A stretch of 64,000 nucleotides of DNA from an uncultured Alphaproteobacteria bacterium (lineage in GTDB: Bacteria > Pseudomonadota > Alphaproteobacteria > HIMB59), in the NCBI GenBank assembly GCA_902524245.1, contig CABZCN010000005.1:1101-65100 (forward strand). Direction: 5' to 3'. A model generated the notes under the pieces. That model was not told the DNA's origin and made no database searches. It was given only the letters and a program-made list of their open reading frames with translations. The translations under genes were made by a program, and so were the position numbers. Shown here one piece after another: positions 1 through 14,184 of this stretch; the first letter of the stretch is position 1, and each line of letters starts with the position of its first letter.

Positions 1-126
1 CATGGGAATTGGTCCAATCACTTTAGCACCAGTTCTTTTAGCTGTCTGAAGAATATCAATTGAACTTCTATCTAAAATATTATGATCAAAAGATTTTAGT
101 CTTATTCTAATATTTTGATTTATCAT
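1..126 (-). CDS. rpsJ: 30S ribosomal protein S10, N-terminal part (runs off window start)
   Basis: Not in the ORF track. Manual translation of the reverse complement from ATG at 126 gives [42 protein letters not shown], the S10 N-terminus. Confidence 0.95.
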   Translation of the reverse strand, partial: MINQNIRIRLKSFDHNILDRSSIDILQTAKRTGAKVIGPIPM

Positions 127-128
127 GA

Positions 129-2192
129 TTATGCCAGTTTAGATTTAATTTCCTCTTCAACATTTGAAGGTACAACATCATAGTGTGAGAATAACATTGT
201 ATAGCTTGCTCTTCCTTGGCTCATTGAGCGTAGATTATTAACATAACCAAACATATTAGCAAGAGGAACTACAGACGATACAACTTTTGCATTACCCCTG
301 TCTTCCATTTTTTCAATTTGACCTCTTCTTGAATTTAAATCACCAATAATATCGCCCATGTAATCCTCTGGTGTAACTACTTCAACTTTCATCATTGGCT
401 CAAGTAATTTTGGTCCAGCTTTTCCAACAGCTTCTCTGAATGCGGCTCTTGAAGCTATCTCAAAAGCTAATACAGAAGAGTCAACATCATGAAATGCACC
501 GTCATGAACTTCTGCTTCAAAATCTATGACGTTATAGCCAGCAATGACTCCATTTTGAGCAGCAAAATTAATACCTTTTTCTACTCCAGGGATATATTCT
601 TTTGGAATATTTCCTCCAACTACTGTGTTAACAAATTTAACACCAGAATTTCTCTCTAACGGTTTGAACTTCATTTTTACTCTTGCAAATTGGCCAGCAC
701 CACCAGATTGTTTTTTATGTGTATAATCTACTTCGACATCTTTAGTAATTGTCTCTCTATATGCAACTTGAGGAGCTCCAACATCTGCTTCAACTTTGAA
801 TTCTCTTTTCATTCTATCAACCAAAATTTCTAAGTGAAGTTCGCCCATACCTTTAATAATAGTTTGTCCAGACTCTTCATCAGAGGTAACTCGGAAACTT
901 GGATCTTCTTGAGCTAATCTTCCCAAAGCTTGTCCCATTTTTTCATAGTCAGCTTTTGTTTTAGGCTCAACTGCAACTTCAATAACAGGATCAGGGAATT
1001 CCATTTTTTCTAAGATAACTTTTTTTGATGGATCACATAAAGTATCACCAGTAGTGACATTCTTCAAACCAACTAAGGCAACTATATCTCCTGCCTTTGC
1101 ATCTTTGATTTCTTCTCTAGTGTTTGAGTGCATTAAAAGCATTCTTCCAATTCTTTCCTTTTGATTTTTCGATGAATTTAATATTGTTGAACCTGAACTT
1201 AGGTTTCCACAATAAAGTCTACAAAAAGTTATTTGACCGACAAATGGATCAGCTGCTACTTTAAACGCTAAGGCAGCAAAAGGTTCTTCAGGCGTATTAG
1301 GAATTTGTAATTTATCATCTGAACCTTCTTTTATTCCTTCAACAAAACCTATATCTTTAGGAGAAGGTAAATAATCTACAACAGCATCAAGTAATGGTTG
1401 GACACCTTTATTTTTAAAAGCAGTTCCACACAGAACAGGAACAAATTTAAAATCAATTGTTCCTTTTCTTATACAAGCTTTTAAAGTATCAACAGATATT
1501 TCTTTTCCCTCTAAATAGTCCTCTAGTGCTTTATCATCTGCTTCAACTGCATTTTCTATTAACTCTTCTCTTTTTTTCTTAGCTTCCTCAATTAAATCAT
1601 CACTAATATCAGTAACATCATATTCTGCACCGAGACTATCGTCTTTCCAAATAATTGATTTAAAATTGACTAGGTCAACAACTCCTTTGAAATCTGCCTC
1701 TTTTCCGATTGCCATTTGCAAAACAAGAGGATTAGCTCCCAATCTATCTTTTATAGATTGAACGTTCATCTCAAAATCTGCACCAAGTCTATCCATTTTA
1801 TTACAAAAACAAATCCTGGGAACTTTATATCTGTCAGCTTGCCTCCAAACTGTTTCCGATTGTGGTTCAACTCCTGCAACACCGTCAAAACATGCAACAG
1901 CACCGTCTAAAACTCTTAAAGATCTCTCAACTTCAATTGTGAAGTCAACGTGACCTGGCGTATCAATAATATTTATTCTATGATCATTCCAAAAACAGGT
2001 TGTGGCAGCTGAAGTAATTGTTATTCCTCTCTCTTGCTCTTGTTCCATCCAATCCATAGTTGCAGCACCATCATGAACTTCACCTATTTTGTGTGACTTT
2101 CCTGTATAGTATAAAATTCTTTCAGTGGTAGTAGTTTTGCCAGCATCAATATGTGCCATGATACCGATATTTCTGTATTTACTTAAATCCAT
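129..2192 (-). CDS. fusA: Elongation factor G
   Basis: [23 protein letters not shown] and NKMD GTPase motifs. Start placed at ATG 2192 (MDLSKYRN), which follows an AGGTGG SD-like sequence; the track starts at 2201. Confidence 0.98.
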   Translation of the reverse strand: MDLSKYRNIGIMAHIDAGKTTTTERILYYTGKSHKIGEVHDGAATMDWMEQEQERGITITSAATTCFWNDHRINIIDTPGHVDFTIEVERSLRVLDGAVACFDGVAGVEPQSETVWRQADRYKVPRICFCNKMDRLGADFEMNVQSIKDRLGANPLVLQMAIGKEADFKGVVDLVNFKSIIWKDDSLGAEYDVTDISDDLIEEAKKKREELIENAVEADDKALEDYLEGKEISVDTLKACIRKGTIDFKFVPVLCGTAFKNKGVQPLLDAVVDYLPSPKDIGFVEGIKEGSDDKLQIPNTPEEPFAALAFKVAADPFVGQITFCRLYCGNLSSGSTILNSSKNQKERIGRMLLMHSNTREEIKDAKAGDIVALVGLKNVTTGDTLCDPSKKVILEKMEFPDPVIEVAVEPKTKADYEKMGQALGRLAQEDPSFRVTSDEESGQTIIKGMGELHLEILVDRMKREFKVEADVGAPQVAYRETITKDVEVDYTHKKQSGGAGQFARVKMKFKPLERNSGVKFVNTVVGGNIPKEYIPGVEKGINFAAQNGVIAGYNVIDFEAEVHDGAFHDVDSSVLAFEIASRAAFREAVGKAGPKLLEPMMKVEVVTPEDYMGDIIGDLNSRRGQIEKMEDRGNAKVVSSVVPLANMFGYVNNLRSMSQGRASYTMLFSHYDVVPSNVEEEIKSKLA

Positions 2193-2194
2193 TT

Positions 2195-2668
2195 TTACCA
2201 CCTATAATGGGCGAATGCCCTGTTAGCTTCTGCCATTTTATGAACTTCATCTTTCTTCTTAACAGAATTACCTTTGTTTTCAAAAGCATCTATTAATTCA
2301 TTTGCCAATCTCTCTCTTTGAGTTTTTTCATTTCGTTTTTTTGAATTAGATAATATCCATTTAAATGCTAATGCCTGAGCTCTACTACTTCTAACTTCCA
2401 TTGGTACTTGATATGTCGCTCCGCCTACTCTTCTTGATTTAACTTCAACGGATGGTTTAACATTATTGATCGATTTTTGGAAATAATCTAGCGGATCATC
2501 ACTTTGATTGTTTGTTTTAATAATATCTAGGGCACCATATACTATTTTTTGGGCTACTGTTTTTTTACCACCTATCATTACTTCATTTATAAACTTGTTC
2601 AAAACAACACTGTTGTAAATAGGATCTGGTAATACTTGTCTTTTCTCTGCTGCTCTTCTTCTTGACAT
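2195..2668 (-). CDS. rpsG: 30S ribosomal protein S7
   Basis: [10 protein letters not shown]...[11 protein letters not shown]...[13 protein letters not shown]; str operon position. Confidence 0.98.
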   Translation of the reverse strand: MSRRRAAEKRQVLPDPIYNSVVLNKFINEVMIGGKKTVAQKIVYGALDIIKTNNQSDDPLDYFQKSINNVKPSVEVKSRRVGGATYQVPMEVRSSRAQALAFKWILSNSKKRNEKTQRERLANELIDAFENKGNSVKKKDEVHKMAEANRAFAHYRW

Positions 2669-2678
2669 GATTTAATTA

Positions 2679-3053
2679 TTAATTTTTTGGCCTTTTTGCA
2701 CCGTATTTAGATCTACGTTGTCTTCTTTTTTCAAGCCCTTGGGTATCCAAAGTTCCCCTGATTATATGGTATCTTACGCCTGGTAGGTCTTTAACTCTTC
2801 CTCCACGAATTAGCACTACAGAGTGTTCTTGAAGGTTATGTCCTTCTCCCGGAATGTATGCTGTAACCTCTTGACCATTCGTAAGCTTAACCCTGGCTAC
2901 CTTTCTAAGGGCTGAGTTAGGTTTTTTAGGAGTGGTCGTATAAACTCTGAGACATACACCCCTTTTTTGAGGGCATGCCTTAAGAGCAGGAACTTTGTTT
3001 CTCTTAGAGACTTTCTCTCTGGATTTCCTTACTAATTGATTTATGGTCGGCAT
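2679..3053 (-). CDS. rpsL: 30S ribosomal protein S12
   Basis: [33 protein letters not shown]. Confidence 0.99.
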   Translation of the reverse strand: MPTINQLVRKSREKVSKRNKVPALKACPQKRGVCLRVYTTTPKKPNSALRKVARVKLTNGQEVTAYIPGEGHNLQEHSVVLIRGGRVKDLPGVRYHIIRGTLDTQGLEKRRQRRSKYGAKRPKN

Positions 3054-3094
3054 AGTTCGCAGAATATATTTATAGTATTAAGTATAGTCAACAT

Positions 3095-6000
3095 CTATTT
3101 AGAGGTTTCTAGCTGTTTTAATAGTGAATTATCGCGGATTTTAGCCTCTTTTCGAAGAGCTCTAATTACATTTCCTGTTCCTGCAGGAATTAGTTTACCA
3201 ACAATTACATTTTCTTTAAGACCAGTTAATTTATCAACTTTTCCATTAATAGCTGCCTCGGTAAGAACTCTTGTTGTTTCTTGGAATGAAGCCGCTGAGA
3301 TAAAGGAATTAGTTTGGAGACTGGCCTTTGTAATTCCAAGGATCATCATTTTATAGTTGATCTCTTTCTTACCTTCTTTTTTAAGAGAATTATTCATTTC
3401 TATGACTTCTATTTTATCTTTTATGTCACCAACTAAATATTCACTATCACCAGCATCAATTACTTCAACTTTTTGAAGCATTTGACGTGTAATACACTCA
3501 ATGTGCTTATCATCAATTAAAACGCCCTGTAAACGATAAACTTTTTGAACTTCTCTAACCATATATTCAGCTAAAGCCTCAATTCCAAGAATATTTAAAA
3601 TATCTGTGGGAGCTGGAGTGCCATCAACAATCATATCACCTTTGTTTACCTTATCACCCTCATTAAAATAAATATAAGTACCTTTGGGAATTAAAAATTC
3701 AACAGGTTCACCTTCTTCAGGATTGATAATAATTCTTCTTTTACTCTTAATATCTTTTCCAAATTCAATTGTTCCAGAAATTTCTGCCAGAACCGCTGGA
3801 TTCTTAGGTTTTCTTGACTCAAAAATATCAGCAACTCTGGGTAGTCCACCAGTAATATCTTTTGTTTTAGAAGAGGCTCTTGGTATTCTAGCTATTACAT
3901 CACCAGCAGTGACTTCTTTTCCTTTTTCAATATTTAGAACAATACCAACACTTAAGTCGTAGGTAGATGAATTTTTTGATTTAATAGGATTGCCATCTTT
4001 ATCTGTAATTAACAACTGTGGTTTTAAATCTTGCTTTCCCTGAAAACTTTTCCAGTCAATTATAACTTTCGATGAGATACCGGTGGTCTCATCAAACTTC
4101 TCAATAAAAGATACACCCTCAACTAGATCACTAAAATCTAATTTTCCAGTTTCTTCAGCGACAATAGGAACAGTGTATGGATCCCATTCAAGTAATAAGC
4201 TATTAAGTTTAACATCTGCGCCATTTTTTAACAATAAAGTCGAACCATATGGAGCTCTGAATGAAGATACTAAAGTTTTATTATTATCAAATATTTCAAG
4301 CTCAGTTGTTCTATTAATAATTATTTCATTTCCAGATCCATTAACAACAGATTTAAGATTTTTAATTTTAAGCTTACCATCGCTAGGAGATTCAAAGTTT
4401 GATTTCTCGGCAGAGGAACTTGCGACGCCTCCAACATGGAATGTTCTCATTGTTAACTGAGTACCAGGTTCACCAATAGATTGAGCAGCAATAATACCAA
4501 CTGCTTCTCCAGTATTTACAGGAACTCCTTTTGCTAAGTCTCTTCCATAAGATTTAGCACAAATACCATGTGTTGTTCCGCAAGTGATTGGTGATTTAAT
4601 TCTAACAGATGAAATATTTTCTTTTTGTAATAATTCAATTTCTTCATGTGAAATGTATGAGTCATTTTTTATTATTACCTCACCTTTTTTGTTTTTGACA
4701 TCATCAGCAAGGTATCTTCCAAAAACTCTTTCTGTTAAAGGTATTGAAACTTCTCCAGACTCATAAATAGTGTCAACAGTTAATCCATTTTTACATGTGC
4801 AATCTTTACATGTAATTGTTAAATCTTGAGCAACATCGACGAGTCTTCTCGTTAAATAACCTGAACTTGCTGTTTTAAGGGCTGTATCTGCTAATCCTTT
4901 TCTTGCACCATGAGTAGAGTTAAAATACTCTAAAACTGTTAAACCATCTTTAAAGTTAGATGTAATTGGATTTTCAATGATTTCACCAGATGGTCTTGCC
5001 ATCAAACCTCTCATACCAGCTAACTGCTTAAGCTGTGCCTCAGAGCCACGAGCACCAGAGTCTGCCATTATATAAACAGAATTAATTTGGCTATCTTTAT
5101 TTGATGAAACAGTTTTCATCATTGCTTTTGCTACTTTGTCTGTACAAGTAGACCATAAGCCTACAACTTTGTTGTATTTTTCTCTTTCAGTTATAAGACC
5201 TTCTTGGTATTGATTTTCAAGACTATTTACAAGTTTTTGTGTATCTTGAATTAAAACATTCTTTTCTTCAGGTATAACTAAATCATCTTTTCCAAATGAA
5301 ATACCTGCTTTTGCAGCATGCTTAAAACCTACGTTCATGATTTGGTCAACAAATATGCAAGTCGCCTTTTGGCCTGTGAATCTGTAAACATTGTCTAAAA
5401 GATTACTAATATCTTTTTTTGTAAGAACTTTATTAATTACATCAAAAGGTAAGTTTTTGTTGTCAGGTACTGTTTTAAAAAGCATAACTCTACCAGCAGA
5501 GGTGGTGAATTTTTTGTATTCAAAGCTATCTGTTTCAGAGTTGTATATTTTAGTCCTGTATAAAATAGGCGTGTGTAGCTCTATAGTTTTGTTTTCTAAT
5601 GCAAACTCTACCTCTCCAACATGTGAATAATACTTCTTAGGCTCTTCATTTTCATTAATTAATGACAAATAGTAAATGCCCAAAACTATATCTTGACTTG
5701 GAACGATTATAGGTTTTCCACTTGAAGGCGAAAGAATGTTATTAGTGCTCATCATTAAAACCCTTGCTTCTAATTGGGCTTCAAGACTTAAAGGTATGTG
5801 AACTGCCATCTGATCACCATCAAAATCTGCATTAAATGCAGTACATACTAATGGGTGCAGTTGGATGGCCTTACCTTCAATTAAAATTGGTTCAAACGCC
5901 TGAATTCCTAATCTATGTAATGTAGGTGCTCTATTTAAAAGAATTGGGTGTTCTCTTATTACTTCATCAAGTATATCCCAAACTTCTGGTCTCTCAGACT

Positions 6001-7207
6001 CAACCATTTTTCTAGCAGATTTGAGTGTAGAAGCGAAGCCGTAAGACTCAAGTTTATTATAAATAAATGGTTTAAATAACTCTAAAGCCATTTTTTTCGG
6101 CAGGCCACATTGATGTAGTTTTAATTCTGGTCCTACAACAATTACTGATCGACCTGAGTAATCAACTCTTTTACCCAATAAATTTTGTCTAAATCTTCCC
6201 TGCTTACCTTTTAGCATTTCAGACAGAGATTTAAGAGGTCTTTTATTAGTGCTTGTAATAACTCTTCCCCTTCTTCCATTATCAAATAGAGCATCAACAG
6301 ACTCCTGAAGCATTCTTTTTTCATTTCTAACAATAATGTCTGGTGCTCTTAAATCTAAAAGTCTTTTTAATCTATTGTTTCTATTAATAACTCTTCGATA
6401 AAGGTCATTTAAATCTGATGTTGCAAAACGACCACCTTCTAAAGGTACAAGTGGTCTTAATTCTGGTGGAATAACTGGTAGAACTTTTAAAACCATCCAT
6501 TCAGGTTTTATATTAGAGTTTCTAAACCCTTCCATAACCTTCATTCGTTTGAGAATTTTTTTCTTTTTCGTTTCAGAAGAGGTAGCCTCACTTTCATCAA
6601 CTAATTTTTTTATTTCAGCCTCTAAATCGATTTTAGATAAAATCTCTTGAACAGCTTCTGCACCAATTCCATGTTTGAATGAATCTTCACCAAATTGATC
6701 AATAGCCTCTTCTAATTCTTCATCGGATAATAGTTGATTAGGACTTAAGCCAGACATTAAAGGGTCAATAACAATATGGCTCTCAAAATATAGAACTTTT
6801 TCAAGATTTTTTAGAGTTATATCAAGGGCTAGACCAATTCTACTTGGTAAAGATTTTAAAAACCAAATATGAGCAACTGGTGCTGCTAATTCAATATGAG
6901 CCATTCTCTCTCTTCTCACTTTAGAAAGTGTAACTTCGACTCCACATTTTTCACATGTAATGCCTTTAAATTTCATTCTTTTATATTTACCACACAAACA
7001 TTCATAATCTTTAGTAGGTCCAAAAATTCTCGCACAAAACAAACCCTCTCTCTCAGGTTTAAATGTTCTGTAGTTAATAGTTTCTGGTTTTTTGATTTCA
7101 CCAAAGGACCATGATCTTATCTGCTCAGGACTTGAAACAGAAATTTTAATCTGATCAAAATTTAATGTTTGAGTGTTAGTTTTAAATAAATTAGTTAAAT
7201 CTTTCAT
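3095..7207 (-). CDS. rpoC: RNA polymerase beta' subunit
   Basis: [11 protein letters not shown] catalytic motif, N-terminal Zn finger CLCGKYKR, 1370 aa. Confidence 0.99.
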   Translation of the reverse strand: MKDLTNLFKTNTQTLNFDQIKISVSSPEQIRSWSFGEIKKPETINYRTFKPEREGLFCARIFGPTKDYECLCGKYKRMKFKGITCEKCGVEVTLSKVRRERMAHIELAAPVAHIWFLKSLPSRIGLALDITLKNLEKVLYFESHIVIDPLMSGLSPNQLLSDEELEEAIDQFGEDSFKHGIGAEAVQEILSKIDLEAEIKKLVDESEATSSETKKKKILKRMKVMEGFRNSNIKPEWMVLKVLPVIPPELRPLVPLEGGRFATSDLNDLYRRVINRNNRLKRLLDLRAPDIIVRNEKRMLQESVDALFDNGRRGRVITSTNKRPLKSLSEMLKGKQGRFRQNLLGKRVDYSGRSVIVVGPELKLHQCGLPKKMALELFKPFIYNKLESYGFASTLKSARKMVESERPEVWDILDEVIREHPILLNRAPTLHRLGIQAFEPILIEGKAIQLHPLVCTAFNADFDGDQMAVHIPLSLEAQLEARVLMMSTNNILSPSSGKPIIVPSQDIVLGIYYLSLINENEEPKKYYSHVGEVEFALENKTIELHTPILYRTKIYNSETDSFEYKKFTTSAGRVMLFKTVPDNKNLPFDVINKVLTKKDISNLLDNVYRFTGQKATCIFVDQIMNVGFKHAAKAGISFGKDDLVIPEEKNVLIQDTQKLVNSLENQYQEGLITEREKYNKVVGLWSTCTDKVAKAMMKTVSSNKDSQINSVYIMADSGARGSEAQLKQLAGMRGLMARPSGEIIENPITSNFKDGLTVLEYFNSTHGARKGLADTALKTASSGYLTRRLVDVAQDLTITCKDCTCKNGLTVDTIYESGEVSIPLTERVFGRYLADDVKNKKGEVIIKNDSYISHEEIELLQKENISSVRIKSPITCGTTHGICAKSYGRDLAKGVPVNTGEAVGIIAAQSIGEPGTQLTMRTFHVGGVASSSAEKSNFESPSDGKLKIKNLKSVVNGSGNEIIINRTTELEIFDNNKTLVSSFRAPYGSTLLLKNGADVKLNSLLLEWDPYTVPIVAEETGKLDFSDLVEGVSFIEKFDETTGISSKVIIDWKSFQGKQDLKPQLLITDKDGNPIKSKNSSTYDLSVGIVLNIEKGKEVTAGDVIARIPRASSKTKDITGGLPRVADIFESRKPKNPAVLAEISGTIEFGKDIKSKRRIIINPEEGEPVEFLIPKGTYIYFNEGDKVNKGDMIVDGTPAPTDILNILGIEALAEYMVREVQKVYRLQGVLIDDKHIECITRQMLQKVEVIDAGDSEYLVGDIKDKIEVIEMNNSLKKEGKKEINYKMMILGITKASLQTNSFISAASFQETTRVLTEAAINGKVDKLTGLKENVIVGKLIPAGTGNVIRALRKEAKIRDNSLLKQLETSK

Positions 7208-10200
7208 TATCCGTTCTCCCTGTTAACAGTTGGATCTGTTTCGATTAACTCTACATTCAATCCAAGAGATTTTAATTCTTTGACTAAGACGTGGAATGAC
7301 TCAGGTATTCCACTTTCAAAGTTATAGTCACCTCTTATTAAGGCTTCATAAACTTTTGTTCTTCCAGCTACGTCATCAGATTTAATAGTTAATATTTCTT
7401 GAAGAGTATTTGATGCACCATATGCTTCTAATGCCCATACTTCCATCTCTCCAAATCTTTGACCACCAAACTGAGCTTTACCACCTAAAGGTTGTTGAGT
7501 TACAAGACTATAAGGTCCAATGGATCTAGCATGAATTTTATCGTCAATTAAGTGATGAAGTTTTAAGATATATTTATACCCAACAGTAACTTTTCTCTCA
7601 AACCTTTCCCCTGACCTTCCATCATATAAATGTACTTGGCCACTATTATCAAAACCAGCTTTATCTAAAAGATTTGTAATTTCTTGGGTATTTGTTCCAT
7701 CAAAAACAGGTGTTGCAAACGTAACACCTTTTTCTAAGTTACCAGCCAATTCAATCAATTGATCGTCATTCATATTAGTAATTTCAGTATTAGAGTCTTT
7801 GTTATGCTCATAAAAACTCGATAGAGACTCTTTTAATTGAATTATATTTCCTTCTTTTCTTGCCATATCTAAACTTTGAGAAATTTGTTTACCTATACCG
7901 TAAGCAGCCCACCCTAAGTGAGTTTCTAATATTTGACCAATATTCATTCTACTTGGAACACCTAATGGATTTAACAATACATCAACAGGAGTTCCGTCTT
8001 CCAAGAAAGGCATGTCTTCAATTGGTACAATCTTTGAAATAACACCTTTATTACCGTGTCTGCCAGCCATTTTATCTCCTGCTTGAAGTTTTCTTTTCAC
8101 AGCAACAAAAACTTTAACAACTTTTAAAACACCAGGTAACAGGTCATCACCACTTTGTATTTTTTCAATTTTATTTTGAAACTTTTTATCTAATAAAATG
8201 ACAGCATCACTAAAGATTTTCTTTTGTGAAGTAAAGGTTTCCATCGATGAAGCATCATCAACTTGAATTTGTTCCAAAATCTCAATAGGTGTTGATATCA
8301 ACGAACTCTCTTCAATCTTATTTCCTTTTGAGAAAACGTCTATGTTTGAACTTGCATTTTTATTTTTAAAAATACTAATAAGATTTTGTTTGTAGTTATT
8401 TTCTAAAATATTTTTCTCGTCATCTCTGTCTTTTGCTAATCTATCTATTTCAACTCTTTCAATAGCAATAGTTCTTTCATCCTTTTCGACACCTCTTCGA
8501 ACTAATACCTGAACATCAACTACGACACCGGAGTAACCAGTGGGTAGTCTTAAAGATGTATCTTTTACATCAGCTGCTTTTTCAGAGAAGATTGCTCTTA
8601 ATAACTTTTCTTCAGGGGTAATTGGTGAGTCTCCTTTAGGAGATACCTTTCCAACTAAAATATCACCTGGTTTAACTTCAGAACCTATATAAACAATTCC
8701 TGCTTCATCGAGGTTTGTTATACTTTCGTCTCCTACATTAGGCATGTCTCTTGTAATTTCCTCTGGGCCTAACTTAGTATCTCTACACAGAACTTCAAAC
8801 TCTTCAATATGAATTGAAGTGTATCTATCTTCATGAACGACTCTTTCGGACATTATAATAGAGTCTTCAAAATTGTATCCATTCCAAGGCATAAAACCTA
8901 CAAGAAGGTTTCTTCCTAAAGCTAATTCTCCTAAATCTGTTGAAGGTCCATCAGCAATGATATCGCCCCTTTGAACATAATCTCCAATTTTAACGATTGG
9001 TTTTTGATTGATAGCAGTGCTTTGATTAGATCTTTGAAACTTTTTCAAATTGTAAATGTCGACACCACTTTTATCCTTACTAATATTTTTAGAGTCAGAT
9101 CTTATAACTATTCTTGATGAGTCTACTTGGTGAACATATCCGCTATTTTTCGCAATAACAACAGCGCCACTGTCTCTTGCCACTTTCGATTCAAATCCAG
9201 TGCCGACAAGAGGGGCTTCACTTTTAACAAGAGGAACGGCCTGTCTCATCATGTTTGATCCCATTAATGCTCTATTGGCATCATCATTTTCCAAGAATGG
9301 AATTAAAGAGGCGGCCACAGAAACTAATTGTTGAGGATTGACATCCATAAAGTCTATTTCAGATGGATCACAGAAAATAAAGTCACCTCTTCTTCTACAG
9401 CTTACTTGTTCTTCAGCAAATTTTCCATTTTCATTAATAGGGCTATTTGCTTGAGCTATAGTATAGTTCTCTTCTTCGTCAGCGTTTAAATATAAAACTT
9501 CATCCGTTACAGAGCCTTTAACTATTTTTCTATATGGTGTTTCGATGAAACCATATTGATTAATTCTTGCAAAAGATGAAAGACTGTTGATTAGACCAAT
9601 ATTTGAACCCTCAGGAGTTTCAATTGGGCATATTCTACCGTAGTGAGTAGTATGAACATCTCGAACCTCAAATCCCGCTCTTTCTCTTGTCAAACCACCA
9701 GGGCCTAATGCAGAAATTCTTCTTTTATGAGTTATCTCACTTAGTGGGTTAGTTTGATCCATAAACTGACTTAATTGGCTTGTACCGGTAAATTCTTTCA
9801 AAACAGTTTGAATGGGTTTTGAATTTACAAGATCTTGGGGCATTATTGACTCAATATCAACTGTTCCCATTTTTTCTCTAATTGCTCGTTCCATCCTGAC
9901 TAAACCAATTCTGTATTGGTTTTCAATTAGTTCTCCTACTGAACGAACACGTCTGTTTCCAAGGTGATCAATATCATCTTTACCAGCACTTTCTGTTTTC
10001 ATATCAAAAAGTTTTTTTGCTACTGCAAGGATATCGGATTTACTTAAAATTCTTATTTTATTATCTTTATCTAAAGATAAGTATGTATTTAATTTAACTC
10101 TACCTACTTCGGATAAATCATATCTATCTTCGCTAAAGAACATATTTTGAAATAAGTAGTTACTTGCCTCTAAAGTTGGCGGCTCACCTGGTCTTAAAAT

Positions 10201-11403
10201 TTTAAAAATATCAAATAGAGCTTCTTCTCGTGAATTATTTTTATCAGCTACAAGAGAATTAATAACACCTAAATTACCAGTGGCTTGATTAGCATTAATA
10301 ACAGAAAATTGATTGATTGATAATTCTTCTAATCTTTTAAAGAACTCTTCACTTAATAACGTACCAGCTTCGGCATAAACTAATCCGTTATCATAATTAA
10401 CGATGTCATTTGATAAATAAAAACCATAGAGATCCTCTTCTTTAAAGAAAAATTTATTGATTTTTTTATCTTTAATTTCTTTGAGTAATTTAAGAGATAA
10501 TTTTACGTCTTTGTAAGCTACTACCTCATTAGTATTAGGATCTACTAAATTAAAGGGTAAGTTTTTATACTTAAATTTATTTAAATCTAAATTGACTATC
10601 CAACCTTCTTTACTTTTCTTAAAATTAAAAGTTTCATAGAAGTAAGTTAATATTTCCTCGGATGTCATTCCTGATACTTTATAAATATCTGGCTCAACCT
10701 TATTTTGAATACACTCCTGTAAATATTTTTCTGAGGCCTTTGACGGCAAGGCCTGTAGAATAGTGGTGGATATCATTTTCTTTTTTCGATCAATTCTAAA
10801 GAATAAGTTGTCTTTATGATCAAATTCGAAATCTAACCAAGAACCTCTGTATGGAATTATTCTTGCGTTATATAAGACCTTACCACTTGCATGAGTTTTA
10901 CCCTCATCATGATCAAAAAATACACCAGGTGATCTATGTAACTGACTGACTACAACTCTTTCAGTTCCATTAACTACAAATGTACCGTTATTTGTCATTA
11001 AAGGTAAATCACCTAAATAAACGACTTGTTCTTTAATATCCCTTAATGATTTTTCTTCTGTTTCTTCATTGATATCCCAAATTATCAATCGAAAAGTGAC
11101 CATAAGAGAGGCTGAGAAGGTTAATCCTTTCCTTCTACACTCATCAACATCATATTTTGGATTATCAAGATAATAATCAATATAGTGAAGTTCAGATTTA
11201 CCTGCATAGTCTTTTATGGGAAAGACAGAATTAAAGACTTCTTGCAGGCCTGTATTTGAACGGTTCTCTACTGATTTTCCTAATTGAAGGAACTTATCGT
11301 AGGAAATTTTTTGAATATCAACTAAATTTGGAACATCGATCGTTTTACCGATCTTTCCAAATGAATAGCGAATTCGTTTTTTTTCTGTAAAGCTAAGTGG
11401 CAT
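7207..11403 (-). CDS. rpoB: RNA polymerase beta subunit
   Basis: [42 protein letters not shown]; 1-nt TAATG overlap with rpoC. Confidence 0.99.
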   Translation of the reverse strand: MPLSFTEKKRIRYSFGKIGKTIDVPNLVDIQKISYDKFLQLGKSVENRSNTGLQEVFNSVFPIKDYAGKSELHYIDYYLDNPKYDVDECRRKGLTFSASLMVTFRLIIWDINEETEEKSLRDIKEQVVYLGDLPLMTNNGTFVVNGTERVVVSQLHRSPGVFFDHDEGKTHASGKVLYNARIIPYRGSWLDFEFDHKDNLFFRIDRKKKMISTTILQALPSKASEKYLQECIQNKVEPDIYKVSGMTSEEILTYFYETFNFKKSKEGWIVNLDLNKFKYKNLPFNLVDPNTNEVVAYKDVKLSLKLLKEIKDKKINKFFFKEEDLYGFYLSNDIVNYDNGLVYAEAGTLLSEEFFKRLEELSINQFSVINANQATGNLGVINSLVADKNNSREEALFDIFKILRPGEPPTLEASNYLFQNMFFSEDRYDLSEVGRVKLNTYLSLDKDNKIRILSKSDILAVAKKLFDMKTESAGKDDIDHLGNRRVRSVGELIENQYRIGLVRMERAIREKMGTVDIESIMPQDLVNSKPIQTVLKEFTGTSQLSQFMDQTNPLSEITHKRRISALGPGGLTRERAGFEVRDVHTTHYGRICPIETPEGSNIGLINSLSSFARINQYGFIETPYRKIVKGSVTDEVLYLNADEEENYTIAQANSPINENGKFAEEQVSCRRRGDFIFCDPSEIDFMDVNPQQLVSVAASLIPFLENDDANRALMGSNMMRQAVPLVKSEAPLVGTGFESKVARDSGAVVIAKNSGYVHQVDSSRIVIRSDSKNISKDKSGVDIYNLKKFQRSNQSTAINQKPIVKIGDYVQRGDIIADGPSTDLGELALGRNLLVGFMPWNGYNFEDSIIMSERVVHEDRYTSIHIEEFEVLCRDTKLGPEEITRDMPNVGDESITNLDEAGIVYIGSEVKPGDILVGKVSPKGDSPITPEEKLLRAIFSEKAADVKDTSLRLPTGYSGVVVDVQVLVRRGVEKDERTIAIERVEIDRLAKDRDDEKNILENNYKQNLISIFKNKNASSNIDVFSKGNKIEESSLISTPIEILEQIQVDDASSMETFTSQKKIFSDAVILLDKKFQNKIEKIQSGDDLLPGVLKVVKVFVAVKRKLQAGDKMAGRHGNKGVISKIVPIEDMPFLEDGTPVDVLLNPLGVPSRMNIGQILETHLGWAAYGIGKQISQSLDMARKEGNIIQLKESLSSFYEHNKDSNTEITNMNDDQLIELAGNLEKGVTFATPVFDGTNTQEITNLLDKAGFDNSGQVHLYDGRSGERFERKVTVGYKYILKLHHLIDDKIHARSIGPYSLVTQQPLGGKAQFGGQRFGEMEVWALEAYGASNTLQEILTIKSDDVAGRTKVYEALIRGDYNFESGIPESFHVLVKELKSLGLNVELIETDPTVNRENG

Positions 11404-11428
11404 AATATGTAGAACCTATAATAACTAA

Positions 11429-11803
11429 TTATTTAAGTTCTACTTTTGCGCCTGCGGCTTCTAGCTGTGTCTTCATAGCTTCCGCCTCTTCTTTCTTAGC
11501 TCCTTCTTTTAAAGTTTTAGGAGCACCTTCAACCATATCTTTAGCTTCTTTTAAACCAAGTCCCGTAATCGCTCTTACTTCTTTAATAACATTAATTTTT
11601 TGATCTCCGGCTGCTGTAAGCACAACATCAAAAGCATCTTTTTCCTCAGCTGCTTCAGCTGCAGGAGCTGCTCCACCTGCTGCTACTGCCACCGGTGCTG
11701 CTGCTGTAACACCCCATTTTTCCTCTAAAAGTTTCGAAAGTTCTGCTGCTTCCATTACTGTTAGTGTTGATAGTTCATCAACAATTTTATTTAAATCTGC
11801 CAT
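11429..11803 (-). CDS. rplL: 50S ribosomal protein L7/L12
   Basis: Ala-rich hinge, [20 protein letters not shown]; GGGAG SD upstream. Confidence 0.98.
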   Translation of the reverse strand: MADLNKIVDELSTLTVMEAAELSKLLEEKWGVTAAAPVAVAAGGAAPAAEAAEEKDAFDVVLTAAGDQKINVIKEVRAITGLGLKEAKDMVEGAPKTLKEGAKKEEAEAMKTQLEAAGAKVELK

Positions 11804-11821
11804 TTTTCTGTCTCTCCCTAA

Positions 11822-12328
11822 TTAGTCTTTTTTGTTTTGTAGTATTGAAATAATATCCTGGTCTGGTCTTTGTAATAATCTTACAAGCTTCGAAGCAGGA
11901 GCATTAATCAATCCAACTATTTTTCCTCTTATTTCGTCAAGAGAAGGTAAAGTTGCAACCTTAGCTATATCCTCTTTTGAATATAGCTGATTATCAAAAA
12001 AAGCTGCCTCTGCAGATAGCTTTTTTAAATTTTTTTCAAATTTTTTACAAACTTTTGCAGTTCCAACTGGATTATTTGTAAAAATTAATAATTTTTGATT
12101 AGATAAAAAGTCAGTTAGAACTTTTTTTTCGTCATTTTTATTAACAAAAATTTTCACGATATTATTCTTTGAAACTTTAGTTACACCATCATTATTTCTA
12201 ATTTCAGTTCTAAATTCGATCATCTCCTTAACCGACATCTCTGAGAAAGATGCAACAAATATAGCGGAGTAATCCTTGGACATTTGATCAAGATTTTCAA
12301 TATATTGTTGTTTTTCAGCTTTATTCAT
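11822..12328 (-). CDS. rplJ: 50S ribosomal protein L10
   Basis: Lies between rplA and rplL; VSKNNIVK and ATLPSLDEIRGKIVGLINAPASKLVRLL. Confidence 0.93.
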   Translation of the reverse strand: MNKAEKQQYIENLDQMSKDYSAIFVASFSEMSVKEMIEFRTEIRNNDGVTKVSKNNIVKIFVNKNDEKKVLTDFLSNQKLLIFTNNPVGTAKVCKKFEKNLKKLSAEAAFFDNQLYSKEDIAKVATLPSLDEIRGKIVGLINAPASKLVRLLQRPDQDIISILQNKKD

Positions 12329-13002
12329 TAAACTTCAACCCTTAAACCAAAACCCATAGATGATGATAGATAAACAGAATTCACAAAGTTACCCTTCAAA
12401 CCTGATGGTTTTATTTTTTTTATTTCATCAATAAATGAAGTTACGTTTTCAGTTAGTTTACTTTCATCGAAACTAACTTTACCAAGGGCAGCATGAATAG
12501 TTCCCGCTTTGTCATTTTTGTATGCTACTAGTCCTTTATTAATATTTTCAATTGTGCTTTTGATATCGTTTGTAACAGTACCTGTCTTAGGATTAGGCAT
12601 TAAACCTTTTGGGCCTAAAATTTTAGCAATTTTACTTACGACTGACATCATATCTGGAGTAGCTACAATTACGTCTACATCAATCTTTTTTTCAAGAGAG
12701 GAAATTAAATCATCTCCTCCAACATATTTAGCTCCAGCTGCTTTAGCCTCTTCTGCAGCTTTTCCTTGAGCAAAAACTGCTATTTGAACTTTTTTTCCTA
12801 AACCATGAGGTGGTATAAAACTACCTCTAACATTTTGATCAGACTGCTTAGAGTCAATACCTGTATTGATCGATACTTCTAAAGACTCATCAAATTTAAC
12901 GAATTTTTTTTCTTTAATAATTTTAACTGCATCAGATATTTTATATAACTTTTTAAAGTCTATACCTTCGATTTGATTTTTTTTGTTTTTAGTTAAATTC
13001 AT
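12328..13002 (-). CDS. rplA: 50S ribosomal protein L1
   Basis: KFDESLEV, DQNVRG, PHGLGK, LGPKGLMPNPKTGTVT. Confidence 0.98.
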   Translation of the reverse strand: MNLTKNKKNQIEGIDFKKLYKISDAVKIIKEKKFVKFDESLEVSINTGIDSKQSDQNVRGSFIPPHGLGKKVQIAVFAQGKAAEEAKAAGAKYVGGDDLISSLEKKIDVDVIVATPDMMSVVSKIAKILGPKGLMPNPKTGTVTNDIKSTIENINKGLVAYKNDKAGTIHAALGKVSFDESKLTENVTSFIDEIKKIKPSGLKGNFVNSVYLSSSMGFGLRVEV

Positions 13003-13427
13003 TATACGACTTCCATTCCCATTGATCTTGCTGATCCAAGAATTATTTTTGATGCTTGATCAACATCATAGGCGTTGAGATCCTCTAATTTCTCTTTTGC
13101 TATCTCTTCCACCTGCTTCATTGTAACCTTACCTAATTTTGATCGACCAGGTGTTTGACAGCCTTTTTTAATTTTTGCAGCTTTCTTAAGATAAAAAGTA
13201 ACAGGTGGTTTCTTTGTAACAAAATCAAAAGATCTATCTTTGTATGCGGTAATTATTGTTGGGATAGGCGCGCCCTTTTCCAAATCTTTTGTCTTATCAT
13301 TAAACTGTTTACAAAAATCTTGAATGTTTAAACCTTTTTGACCTAAAGCAGGACCGACGGGGGGTGCTGGGTTAGCTGAACCAGCTGGAATTTGTAATTT
13401 TATATATCCTAATATTTCTTTAGCCAT
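13002..13427 (-). CDS. rplK: 50S ribosomal protein L11
   Basis: [28 protein letters not shown]. Confidence 0.98.
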   Translation of the reverse strand: MAKEILGYIKLQIPAGSANPAPPVGPALGQKGLNIQDFCKQFNDKTKDLEKGAPIPTIITAYKDRSFDFVTKKPPVTFYLKKAAKIKKGCQTPGRSKLGKVTMKQVEEIAKEKLEDLNAYDVDQASKIILGSARSMGMEVV

Positions 13428-13431
13428 TATA

Positions 13432-13977
13432 TTAGCCCTTTACCACTTGTGAATAGTCTAGTTCTAAAGGTGTCGGTCTCCCAAAAATTGAAACGGACAC
13501 TTTAAGCTTTTGTCTTGAACTGTCAACCTCTTCTATAATACCGCTAAATGAAGCAAATGGACCATCAGATACCTTGATCTGCTCACCAACTTCATACTCA
13601 AACTTTGGTTTAGGATTGTCGACACCCTCAGTAATGTCTTGTAATAATTTGGAAACTTCTCGTTCAGATATTGCAATCGGCTTATCTTTTGTACCAAGAA
13701 AATTTGAAACTTTTGGTATATCTCTCACTAAATGCCAGGTGTCATCGTTCATGATCATCTTGATTAAAACATACCCAGGGAAAAATTTTTTTTCTGAATT
13801 AACCCTTACACCCCTTCTCACTTCGACAACTGCTTGAGTTGGAACAGATACTTCAGATATGGAGTCTTCTAAACTGACTTTTTTTGCCTCATCTAAAATT
13901 GAGTCTGCAACTTTTTTCTCAAAGCCAGAGTGACAGTGTACGACGTACCACTTTAATGTATCAGTATTTTCAACCAT
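13432..13977 (-). CDS. nusG: Transcription termination/antitermination factor NusG
   Basis: [22 protein letters not shown] motif [19 protein letters not shown]. Confidence 0.98.
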   Translation of the reverse strand: MVENTDTLKWYVVHCHSGFEKKVADSILDEAKKVSLEDSISEVSVPTQAVVEVRRGVRVNSEKKFFPGYVLIKMIMNDDTWHLVRDIPKVSNFLGTKDKPIAISEREVSKLLQDITEGVDNPKPKFEYEVGEQIKVSDGPFASFSGIIEEVDSSRQKLKVSVSIFGRPTPLELDYSQVVKG

Positions 13978-13981
13978 TAAA

Positions 13982-14167
13982 TTATCCTAGAACTATTCTC
14001 ACGATAAAAGAAAAAAATTGGTCTAAGAGCATTAAAATAATTGCAGCAATACTAATTACAACCAAAACGATACCTGCTGAAGTAAAAGTTTCTCTCTTGG
14101 AGGGCCAGGTAACTTTAGATACCTCCTGTCGAACTTCTCTTAAATATTTAGCAGGATTAAATTTCAT
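13982..14167 (-). CDS. secE: Preprotein translocase subunit SecE
   Basis: EVRQEVSKVTWPS plus one TM helix. Start moved to ATG 14167 because the track's longer start lies inside tRNA-Trp. Confidence 0.95.
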   Translation of the reverse strand: MKFNPAKYLREVRQEVSKVTWPSKRETFTSAGIVLVVISIAAIILMLLDQFFSFIVRIVLG

Positions 14168-14184
14168 ATTTTTTTTATATTTTT

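Noticed and set aside
2679-11403. Streptomycin or rifampicin resistance alleles in rpsL/rpoB
   Set aside because: [15 protein letters not shown] and [18 protein letters not shown] read as wild-type consensus.
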